A stretch of DNA of 64,000 nucleotides. Origin: Eledone cirrhosa (taxonomy: Eukaryota). Each line of letters starts with the position of its first letter. The first letter of the stretch is position 1. A program made the position numbers and the translations under genes. The DNA lies in NCBI GenBank assembly GCA_964016885.1, contig OZ024746.1:96906001-96970000 (forward strand), in the 5' to 3' direction. The notes below the pieces were generated by a model. The model saw nothing but the letters and a program-made list of their open reading frames with translations, was not told where the DNA came from and ran no database searches. This document shows, piece after piece, positions 38,903 through 51,765 of this stretch.

Positions 38903-41900
38903 CAGAGTGTGTGTGTACCCATGTGTGTATGTCTGTCTATGTTTGTTGGGTGTGTACATATACACATGTATATCTATATCTTCTGATTATAATTTTTTAA
39001 TCATTATCATCTGTTTGCGGTGGATTGGCAGTATTGGTAGAGTGTCTGACACCGTGCTTTGCAGCATAGAGTTATGGCCCTTTAAGGCATAGAGTTATGG
39101 CTCTCAACTGTCATTAATGATACGATGAACTTTTACCGGGTCATCCTAGCATGACACACCCCAACATACCCCTGCCAATATGGTCACCCTCCCCTTCAGC
39201 TTCTTGTTTACACCAAAGCCAGTCTTTGAATGTCCAGATCACATACCAATACGCACCCATGTGCACAAGGACACACACATGAATCCTTACATGCTCACAT
39301 GCACACGCAAATACACACATGAATACCTGTGAATACACATGCACATAATTGCCACACCAATCACACTACAATACCTTCATACACCCACACACAATAAAAT
39401 AGGGACGATGCTAATATATATACACCCATCATCTCCCAAACCACAACAAAACTATATTTTGATGTCATATCACCAGTCTGAGGAGCAGATCGAAAATGGA
39501 GTCAGTGTCCATAACTCTTATGAGTAACCTTCAGTCAATCCTCTGTGAAACGCACGTAACTAGTCGATACACAATTATATTAAACATGTAAACAAAACTT
39601 ACTCGTTTTTTCTAATATAATATAATTGTTTCTAGATTTGGCACAAGGCCAAAAATTACCCAGTGTATTACTGGTACTTTATTTTATCGACCCCGTAAGG
39701 ATGAAAGGTAAAGTTAATCTTGGCGGGATTTAAACTCAGAATGGCAAGGGCCGTTTCTAATATAATATAATATATATATATATGTGTGTGTGTCTGTCAG
39801 TCGTCACAAACAGTCATGACCGGCATGGGCTGGTGTTTGGAATTTGTCGATCGATTGGTTATTGATTAGGCGAAACCTGCGGATGAAGCCGCATAAGCCG
39901 ATTGTGCATTGTTGCATAACATATGCAGATGGATGGTGCAGTGCACCTTACTGCTGCATTAGTGCAGCCGAAACTTGAGTCCGGTAACCATTATAGGGAC
40001 CCGTTTTACGTGTGTTGTATTGAAGTGAATAACTATGTGTCGCTGGTGTCATGTAGTAATACAGAAGACCCGACCCCCCCACGAGTACAAGCCGAAGCTG
40101 AAGCATATAGACAATACCCCCCCCCTCCACTGCAAAGTGGCCATGGAGGTGCCACGGCAAAAGAGCACCCAGCCCACACTGTGAAGTGTACGTGTAGGTG
40201 CCACGGGAAAAAAGCACCCAGGACTCAGTGTAAATGAGGTTGGTGTTAGGAAGGGCATCCAGCTGTAAAAATCAAGCCAGAATCAGTTCCCGTATGAGCA
40301 AGGCATGGTCAGCCGACCGGACACTGCCCACAACAGGACAACCCCGTCTAACCCATGCTAGCGTGGAAGAACGACGTAAAACGGTGATGATGATGATGAT
40401 ATATATATACATACACACACACAAATAAAATCTACAGAAATATTTTTTTCAAAAACAGTCTATCATTCAACTGCAAAAACTTCAAGCTCAACAATATTAC
40501 ATGAAGATGTTATTACAAAGATTACCAATAGAAAAATCTGTTTATATATTTACCGAAGTTCAACAAAGCCTTGGTTTAGTGTCAGAGATACAAAATCTCC
40601 ACTACCATCTTCCTCTTTACTATTGAAAAGAATAATCCCATCTTTATTCAAACTTTTAAATTCTACTTCAATTCTCATCTCAGTTGTAGCATTCTTAATC
40701 TGTGGCATTCTCAGATAGGAAGTTCCAGAGAATGACGGGACTGTGAAAGATACAACTAAAAGGAAAAACAAATATATATAAAAACAAAATTAGTTTTGCT
40801 CTAACATAGCAGATACATAAATGTATTCGTGAGTTTTATATCAAATAATAATTGTTTCTACTTTTGGCACAAGGCCAGTAATTATCCCAGTGTATTACTG
40901 GTACTTTATTTTATCAACCCGGTAAGGATGAAACGTAAAATTAACCTCAGCGGGATTGAACTCAGACCATAAAGGGCCGTAACTCTTTGCTGCAAAGCAT
41001 GGCGTCCGACCCTCTAGTGATACTGCCAATCCACCATTTATATCAAATAATAATTGTTTCTACTTTTGGCACAAGGCCAGCAATTATCCCAGAGCATTAC
41101 TGGTACTTTATTTTATTGACCCCGTAAGGTTGAAAGGCAAAGTTAACCTCGGCGGGATTTGAACTCAGACTGTAAAGGGCCATAACTCTATGCTGTCTGA
41201 CACTCTACCGGTACTGCCAATTCACCGCCCTTTATATCTACTTATATATATAACCAGCAATTTCTCAGTCTGTCTGTCCGACAGTGGAAACACGTGCGTA
41301 GAGAGAGAGTGAGAGTGAAAGAAAGAGACAGAGGGGGATAGCGGGAGGGAGAGAGAGAGAGTGAGAGTGAATAGACGCTAAAACACGTGCTACAGAAACA
41401 TTACCTTCCCCTCTCCACTAACTTTGGTCACTGAGGCCGAGGGAATCACGCTGAGCGTGTCATAATGACGTAATGCAGACAGCAGACATACAGACAGATA
41501 TTATAAGGGCAAACGTTATATCTATGTATCTATCTAAAAAGAAAGACTAAGAATTATATAGAGAGAACGCTAAATCGCCTAATGCGGTCCCTAGGACATT
41601 TAAAATTTGAAATAATTTTTGCTCAAAACACTCACAGGACCATAAGTATTACATGTCTAAAGTTTGAAAACAATCGGTTGGATGGTTCTCAAGTTTTAGT
41701 GAGCTGACAGACAGACAGACATTCTCTGTTTTAGATATATAGACTAGCAGAAAACCGTCCCCGGGTGGTTTTCTGCTAGTCAAATGATAATAATATTCGA
41801 TTTTTTTGTAAGCAAACAAATTTTGTTTTTGTTTTTAACGTTTGGTAAAGCCAGCCGTAAATCGCTCGGGGTGCAAATTAGGTGTTGAACTACAAAACCA

Positions 41901-43248
41901 ACAGGTAGGTGACCCAGGGTGGACCGCAAGTAAGACGGTTGGATAACATCCATGAGCTTGGCTGGTCTCGCTTGGGGATCCAGCTGGAGAAGGTTGCTTC
42001 TGACAGGACTCACTGGAAGGAGTCTTTGAGGAATCTGTCATCACGCCATTCTCAAGAAGAAGAAGAAGAAGAAGAAGAAGAAGATGAAGAAGAAGAAGGA
42101 GAAGAAGAAGATGAAGGAGAAGAAGGAGAAGAAGAAGAAGAAGAAGAAGAAGAAGAAGAAGAAGAAGAAGAAGAAGAACTACTACTACTACTACTACTAC
42201 TACTACAAAATATACATACTTTGTCTATGTATTAAAAGCCAAAACACTAACTCACCATCTTTGCAAATTGATCCGCCTGTTCCTAAAGGACATAGACATC
42301 GATATCCGAGTGTTTTGTCCATAAGGCATGTTCCTCCATTTTGACAGGGGTTCAGAGTACAGGTTGTATTAGATGTACGTGATGGTGGAGGAACAGATAC
42401 AACCTCTGCAATATAATAAGACATTTGTAACATCATTAACAATATTTCATGGTATTTAATTCTTAACATCATGTAATGATTTAACTATTTAGCATTTAAA
42501 CTGGCCATATCCGGCCTGAATTCTCTCACTTCTTTCTGTTCAAACAGGCTGTAATTGGACACTCATACTTATGTTAAGGTATTGTTCTCAAAATAACTAA
42601 TATCAAAATCTCATAGATTCAATATTACTGTGAAAATATAATAGTATATATAGAGTCATGTAAATGCTAAAGGGTTAACAGAAAATATTTGGTCCTTAAG
42701 CAAGTATAAAATGTCCGATTCTCTTATGCAATTTCAATTCACAATCGGACATTCCATACTTAATGACTCGATATAAAAACACGTTCGTTAATTCCCTGTT
42801 CAAAGGTTTATAGTATATTTACTAGTTAAAAGATCTTTGTGAAAATTTGTAGTATTTGTGTAAAGACTTGGATTTTTAATGTGATGTAATTATAGCAATG
42901 TTTTGTACTTTTCAAGAAAGGGTTGACTTGGAACTAAACAACAACATAGCTGTCGGGACACTGCATCCTTCAAAACTTCCATTCTTCCTGAAATTCGCCA
43001 ACACTATACCTGATATTCCCCCCCCCCCCCAATATGCACGCATGCATGTATCTGTGTGTTTATTATAACTCATACACTGTTCCCTTTCTTGACATTTGTA
43101 CTTTATTCTATGTACTATACATGCACCTTTGATAAGTTGTAGTGCACCTGAGCACTGACACAATAATTTTGTTATATTATATATATATAGTCCCGTCCAA
43201 ACCCATGCAAGCGTGGAAGATGGACGTTAAACAATGATGATGATGATG

Positions 43249-43285
<37 letters not shown>

Positions 43286-44128
43286 AACGAGTAGGACCTC
43301 GACGGCAGAGCTCAAGCCATTTCGACGGCTGTTTCTGGGTCCAGAAACAGCCGTCGAAATGGCTGTTTCTGGACCCAGAAACAGCTGTCAAAATGGCTTG
43401 AGCTCTGCCGTTGGGGTTAAACATTTTCCTATTACCCACTCTACTACCCTAAGTATTGAGTATTCTGGTGCGTTATGGTCCATCTGGTTCCTTACCACAC
43501 TTCCTTTGTTATATATATATTATATATATATATATATATATAATATATGTAAAAGGTAAACAGAAATAACAACTCAATCGGTACAGTATATATATATATT
43601 TATATACAATATTAAATAAATGGAAACTATATTTATAAAACCATATTTATTTCATTATATATATTTCGGGGATATCATATTAACAATATGCTATGCCTTC
43701 CTCAGACAAAATACAATATAAACAGTTTTATAGATAAATAGATTCGACATACCGTTATAACACCGACTTGCATTTGAAGAGGTTAAGCTGGCAGTCACTG
43801 CTAGCTTAACCTCTTCAAATGCAAGTCGGTGTTATAACGGTATGTCGAATCTATTTATCTATAAAACTGTTTATATTGTATTTTGTCTGAGGAAGGCATA
43901 GCATATTGTCAATATGATATCCCCGAAATATATATAATGAAATAAATATGGTTTTATAAATATAGTTTCCATTTATTTAATATTGTAAATATACTCCAAA
44001 TATTTGTCGAGTGCTTTTATATCAGTTATAAATATTTACTAGTTGTAACCCAACAATTTTAAATATAACTTTCCATGTATATATTTATATATATATTTAT
44101 ATATATATATATTTATATATTATATATA

Positions 44129-44188
<60 letters not shown>

Positions 44189-46620
44189 TATATGTGTGTG
44201 TGTGGTGTATGTGTGTGGTGTCTCTGTTTATATCATAGCTCATACACTCTTTATTTTCCTGACATTTGTACATTATTCTATGCACCTTTGATGAGTTGTA
44301 GTGCACCTGAGCACTGTACACGATCATTTTCATCATTATTATTATTATTATTATTATTATAGCAAGTTATACATAGTTCAGTTTATGATCCAATGTTGGA
44401 TAAGATATTAAATGGAAACAGTAAATACCAAGACAATTCTTTTTGTCCATAGTTTGAATGAAGCCGGTTTTGCAGACACAAATGCCTAAAAGACATCGAC
44501 TGTTTGGTACGTCGCAATCACTTTCACTGGGGCATAAATCATCAATTCTGCCTGTAAAAAGAAATTAACCATTTAAATATATGTTAAGAAACAACATTTG
44601 GATATTTAATAATAACTCGAATGAGGAAAATGAAAGCTGACACAATAACTATAATAATAGGTGTTCTGGGAATGATAAAAAATCACATAGAAAATACATA
44701 ACCAAAACGCTAGGTCTTACAAATATATACAACATACAAAAGATAGCACTACTAGGCACTGCACACATATTATGGAAAGTACTATCAATACAATAGAAAC
44801 AACATCAGCAAAAACTATACTGCACATACCCAAGGTGCACAGAGCTGTGCTCGGTAAAGCAGTAATGAGGCGCAATAAAAATAATAATGGAAATAATAAT
44901 TGTTTATACTTTTGGCACAATGCCAGCAATTATCCCAGTACATTACTGGTACTTTATTTTATCAACCCCGTAAGGATGAAAGGCAAAGTTAACCTCGGTG
45001 GGATTTGAACTCAGATCGTAAAGGGACGTAACTATGCTAGAAAGCATGGCGTCCAACCCTCTACCGATACTGCCAATTCACCGACCTTGGAAATAATAAT
45101 GATTTCTAGTATAGGCACAAGGCCAGTAATTTTGAGGGGAGGGGGAAAACCGATTAAAACGACCCCAGTATGTTACTGGTGCTTGATTTTATCAACCCCG
45201 TAAGGATTAAAGACAAATCTAACCTCGGCAGGATTTGAACGCAGAACGTAAAGGGCCATAACTCTATGCTGCAAAGCATGGTGTCTGACACTCTACTGAT
45301 TCTGTTAATCGACCGCCCTAAATAACAATAATAATAATCAGGAACCTATGGAGAATTAGACAGGTAGAAGTGGTACTGACTGAGGTTGGTGCACTGGAAG
45401 TAGAAGGTTGGATGTACGGCTTCAGAAGCTCGGAATACCACCAGGATGGGATTTTTGCAGAAAACAGCAAGGATTCTAAGGAGGGTGTTGGAAAGTTGAA
45501 GGAGAAGGAATGACCCAAAGGACCTTTGGCCATTGGCTATGGCTCTTTTGGTGTAGTGTTGGTATAACATCTGCCTGAGCAAAAGCATTATGAATAATAA
45601 TAATAATTGTTTCTACTTTTGGCACAAGGCCAGCAATTATCCCAGTGTATTACTGGTACTTTATTTTATCGACCTTGTAAGGATCAAAAGCAAAGTTAAC
45701 CTCGGCTAGATTTGAACTCAGACCATAAAGGGCCGTAACTCTTTGCTGCAAAGCATGGCATCAGACCCTCTACCGATATTGCCAATCCACCCCAATCCAC
45801 GAGTAATAATAATAATAATGTGATAGTCAGTGCTCTTGGAATGATAAAAAAGGGAACTGAAAAATATTTGGACCGGATGGATATCTGGAAAGCCATCTGT
45901 GCAAAGATACAGAAAATAGTGCTGACTGACCCTGTCCAGGTTCTGAGAAGGGCATTATCAATTTTAAAATCTTGCAAAGATATCTGGCATCATATATATG
46001 GCATCATTTGTATAACAATTGATTGTAAAATATGTTTATTTTCAAATTTTACCTCAGGGGTCAGGTTGACACTCGGCATGATTTGGGAAAGAAGCAGAAT
46101 TCAAAGGAAGTCTCAAATAATAATAATTGTTTCTACTTTAGGCCAAAGGCCAGCAATTTAAAGGGAGGGGAAAGCTGATTAAATCAATGCCAGTACGTTA
46201 GTGGTACTTTATTTTATCCAGTAATGTACTGGGGTCGATTTAATCGACTTTCCCCTGCCCTTCAAATTGCTGGCCTTGTGCCTAAAGTAGAGACAATTTT
46301 TATCTTTATTTTGGGTTTGTTTCTATGGCTGGATGCACTTCCTAATGGAAACCACATTTACAGTGTGCCTCGCAAGTGAAATTTGGGTAGATGGAAATTG
46401 TGATGAGGCCCGTTATATTTTCCAACATGTTATCCTACTGAAAAAGTTTTTTTTCCCATTTACTTTCTTTTCTAAACCCCATCTATTTTTATATTTCTTC
46501 TCTTTCTCATTCTATTTTCCAATGAAGGACTAACATCCAAAACATCAAGACTCTTTTCCGACTTCATCAAAATATCGCCATTGTATTTTTCTGCCATGTT
46601 ATTTTGTCTTGTTGACTTTT

Positions 46621-46680
<60 letters not shown>

Positions 46681-46892
46681 AAAAGTCTGATATATATATA
46701 TAAGAAAAGTCTGATTCCTGATGATTTCTAAAGAATGAAACAGTTCTAGTCCTGTAGAATCTCATCTATATTAAAACTTTTATACTCTGCAATGTATTGA
46801 GTACCTTACTTACTGTGGTTACCTCCGATTCAACCCGGAATAACGTATATATATATATATATATAATGTGGAGAGGAAGCACACGAGTTAGG

Positions 46893-46944
<52 letters not shown>

Positions 46945-47101
46945 GAAAACAGGGAGAAAGAGACGATTATGAGGAAGAAAAATATTTTTTTTTCGTTTTT
47001 TATTTCTCTCTCTCTTTTTTTCTGGGTTAGAGATTAAAACGAAATATTTTACTTTGTGTGAAGTGTTAAGGTATTAGTAATAATCGTCTCTTTCTCCCTG
47101 T

Positions 47102-47167
<66 letters not shown>

Positions 47168-47962
47168 TAATAATAATAAATTTGAAGACTAAAATCCAAA
47201 GAGGGCTCAATAAGGATAAATATATATCAAATATATAAGAACCGTAGAGCAAATATTTTATTAAAATAACAGATTAAAGTTTAAGCAAAGAATCGCTGCT
47301 TCACCCTTAATGGGATCTTCTGAAACTAAAAAAAAATAAAAAAAATCAATCTGTGAACGCAGAAGTAAATATTTCGAAAACGTTGCAACCGAAGGAAGAC
47401 AGGAAGATGATACTTTGGTTCGTAGAGACGTTCCCTAATTTTTTTAGTTTCAGAAGATCCCGTATATGGTGAAAGCATCGATTCTTTGCTTAAACTTTAA
47501 TCTGTTATTTTAATAAATATATATTGAAAAAGTGAAGAATAACATGGTCAACAGTACAAAAAATGGTTTTATTTACAGTCTGACAATTGTTTCACTGATT
47601 AAGTTGTCTAAAAATTGTTGAACACTTGAAGCAGTTATCTCCGATGATCTGGTTAAGCTAACAACGTATTTAAAATTGAGTGGCACTGCTTCAAGTGTTC
47701 AGCAATTTTTAGACAACTTAATCAGTGAAACAATTGTCAGACTGTAAATAAAACCATTTTTTTGTACTGTTGACCATGTTATTCTTCACTCTTTCAATAT
47801 TATTACTCCAAGATAAACTTACATAGGAATAAAAGTGAAATCATAAACTCGCCACCTACGTAAACTCCTTGTTGAGTCAAACAATGCTGAATGCTAAAAC
47901 TATCCATAATACGAAGTATTCACAACATCTAATTGGATTAACTATAACAATATTTTGTTATC

Positions 47963-47996
<34 letters not shown>

Positions 47997-50900
47997 AGAG
48001 AGAGAGAGAGAGTCTGCAGTGCTGAGACTGGGAAGACCACTAATCATGGGAGTACTCAATGCATGGGAAGTTGCAGAGATATGTAAAATCCTGATCACGG
48101 TGCCAAGTGGTTTTGACTTGTGTATTCAACAAGCCTTGCTGAACACACAAGCCAAAACTGCTTGGTGCCGCAGTTGGGATTTTACATCTCTTTCTCTTTC
48201 TTTCTATATGGCTTAGTGGTTAGAGCACTGGGCTTGCAATTGGAAGTTTGTGAGTTCAATTCTCAGACCGAGTGATGTGTTGTCTCTTTGACCAAGACAC
48301 TTTATTTCATGTTGCTCCAGTTTACTCAGCTGTAGAAATGAGTTGTGTTGTCACTGGTGTCAAGTTGTATCAGTCATTGCCTTTCCTTTGGACAACATTG
48401 GTGGCATGGAGAGGGAAGACTGGTATACATGCATGACTGCTGGTCTTCCACAAATAAACCTTGTCCAGACTTGTGCCTCGGAGGGAAACTTTCTAGGTAC
48501 AAATCCCATAGTCATTTGTGACCAAAGGGGGTCTTTACCCTTTATATATATATAATGCATGTGCGAGTGTGTATACATGCGTGTGTTTACTGTTTATTTA
48601 TATACTGTAATTTAGCAGGAGATCTATAAAATAAGTACCAGACTTGAAAAAAATAAATTGACTACTGGTGCTCCAGTATGACCACAGTCTATTGAATGAA
48701 ACCAGTAGGAGAATATAAGAATAAAATAAATGAATTTATCTCCCCTTATAAAAGGGATAAATTTTGTATTTTCATTTTTTTGTCATCTTTTTTTTATGAT
48801 GAATTCAGAATTGATTCCATTTGAAGAATAAATGGAATTTAGAATAACAAATTTTTATACAACATGTTTCGCTTTCATTTTCTCATATAATAAGGAACAC
48901 TTTCATTCTAGGGCAATGCTGGGTGGCTCTACTAGTATATGAATAAAATAAATACGGAAAAGCAAAAACTACTTACCAACGACTTCTGGAGGTTTTTCTG
49001 TAGCCTTAGTTAAAATGATCTTAGTTACTTCATTGCTAACATGGTTGATATGCCTGGTTGTCTTTCTTGATCTTGTTGTGGGAGTAAGAGGAGTTGTCAT
49101 TCTTGATGTTGTTGTGACTATAAAGAAGATAAAATTAAGTTATTCAAATTTTCAAAATATAGGGTGATCACAAAAACACCCTGAGCTTGATTATCTCATA
49201 GATGTGTGTCAAGCAACAAAGAGGGCACACATCGAGTGTATATGATATCATCCAATACCACTTTGTTAGTTTATGCAATTGTAGCCACCAATATTGTAAG
49301 AATATTCATTTAAGGTTTCATATTATAAATAATTGAAATCAAGGAGAGAAATGAAGCAAGCATGCTCCGTTGGATGTGCAATGTCAATGTGCGTTAATGA
49401 CCAAGCTTAGACGAGTTGAGAGAGAAACTGAGTATAAGAGGGATAAGCTGTAGTGTGCGGCAGAGAAGACTACATTGGTATGGACATGTGATGCGCATGG
49501 AGGATGACCGCTGGGTAAAGAAGTGCCAAGAAAATCATGGGTAAGGTGGTGAGAGAACAGACCTCAGATTGCTGAAGCTCACGGAGGAGATGTTTTCACT
49601 TTCTGAAATGAATGGTGGCACAGAGACTAACAGTGTCTCATATGTTCATCACTTATTTATATATCCCTGGATCAGTCTTGACTCAAAAAAATTCTCGACA
49701 CATTACAAGCGATCAGATTGAATTTTGCAGAGATCTTATACAAACATCAAAGAAATGCATACATGCATGCACTAAAATATACATGCATACATATGTGTCA
49801 TACCAAATTACTGGCGTAGCAGCATCATCATTAACTGCTACAAGGGTAAAGGAGATGCCCTAGATAGGGGAAACTATAGAGGCATTAAATTAATTGACCA
49901 GGTCATGAAGGTCACAGAAAGAGTTATAGCGCAACTAATCAGAGAGCGAATTGATCTAGATGAAATGCAGTTTGGGTTTGTGTCAGGTAAAAGTACCACA
50001 GACACTCTTTTCCTTGTACGACAACTACAGGAGAAGTACCTAGCTAAAAGTAAACCCCTATACTTAGCTTTTGTTGACTTGGAGAAAACCTTTGACAGAG
50101 TGCCCCGCTCCATTATCTGGTGGGCTCTTAGAAAACTAGGTGTTGATGAATGGCTTGTGAGAGCTATACAAGCCATGTATAAAGAAACAGTCAGCAAGGT
50201 TAGAATTAACAACGAATATAGTGAAGAATTTAGCGTAAAAGTTGGTGTTCATCAGGGCTCTGTCTTTAGCCCCCTCCTATTTATTATTGCCCCTCAGGCT
50301 ATAACAGAGGAGTTCAAGAATATGTAGGAAGGAAAATGGCCATGCTCAGTGTGTAGGAAAGGAGTAGGCAGAAACTCCATTTTATGTCCCAAATTCAAAG
50401 TATAGGTGCATAAAAGATGTAGTGGGATCACAGGTAAGCTAACTAAGAACATAGATTTTATATGTGGCCAGTGCTCAGGTGCAGTGAGTAGTAGCAAGTG
50501 CCCACAGGATACTAGCTCCTTCTATTGCCCAGATAGCTCTATAGAAATAGTGGACACCTTCCATTACCTGGGTGACAAAATCAGCAGTGGTGGAGGGTGC
50601 TCTGAAAGTACAGTAGCCAGAGTCAGAACGGGATGGAAAAAGTCCGGAGAGCTTATACCACTATTGGCCGCTAAAGGTTTCTCTCTAAAAATGAAAGGGA
50701 GACTGTATGATGCCTGCATACGAACAGCAATGTTACATGGCATTGAGACATAGGCATTGTGTGCAGAGGATCTGCGTAGACTAGAGAGGAACGAAGCTTG
50801 CATGCTCTGTTGGATTTGTAATAGTAATATATGTGAACGGCAAAGCATAAATGAACTAAGTGAGAAATTAGGAATAAGAGGGATCAGATGCTGTTTACTC

Positions 50901-51701
50901 GTGAGAAGACTACGTTGGTATGGTCACGTGATGCACATGAAAGATGACAGCTGTATAAAAAAGTGCAGGGCGATCAAAATTGATGGAAGCTATGGAGTAG
51001 GCACGCCCAGAAAAACCTGGGATGATTTGATAAATTCCGACCTTACACACTTACACCTCTCCAAGACAATGTCACTAGACCGAGATCTTTGGCGTTATGC
51101 AGTAATACAGAAGAGCCGCCTTGCCTAAGTACAAACGAAATGTACAGTCAGTAGGCACCTCTTAACCAAAAATACAACCCCATCTCACTACCCCTACCTC
51201 ACCCCCATCTACACCACCCCTTTCTCTGTAAAGTTATGTTGGTACCACAACATCCAGTCCTAAATAAATGAGGTTGTGTAGGTGTCACGACAAAAAAACA
51301 CACAGTCCACACTGTAATGTGGTCGTGTAGGTAGCATGGTAAAAACCTCCCAGTCCACACTGTAAACGTGGTTGGTGTTAGGAAGGGCATCCAGCTGTAG
51401 AAAACCTCCCAGACAGTCCTATGCGAGCAAGACAACCAATCTTGCCTCAAGTGGGACAATTCCCGTCAAAACCCATGCTAGCGTGGAAGATAGACGTTAA
51501 ACGATGATGATGATGATGATGATGATGATATATATATTCAATGAAATTATAACATAAAGTTCATATGAAGATATGTCACTATCTTTAAACCAAATATTGT
51601 ATTTTATCTGACGAAAGCGTACTAAAATATTGGTACCCTTGAAATATGTATAATAAAATAAATATTGTTTTATAAAGATATTTTCCATTTATTAATATTA
51701 T

Positions 51702-51765
<64 letters not shown>

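Noticed and set aside
41909-42344. Poly-Glu and poly-Lys ORFs
   Set aside because: (GAA)n microsatellite
48209-48275. tRNA-like A and B boxes
   Set aside because: No full cloverleaf; SINE head
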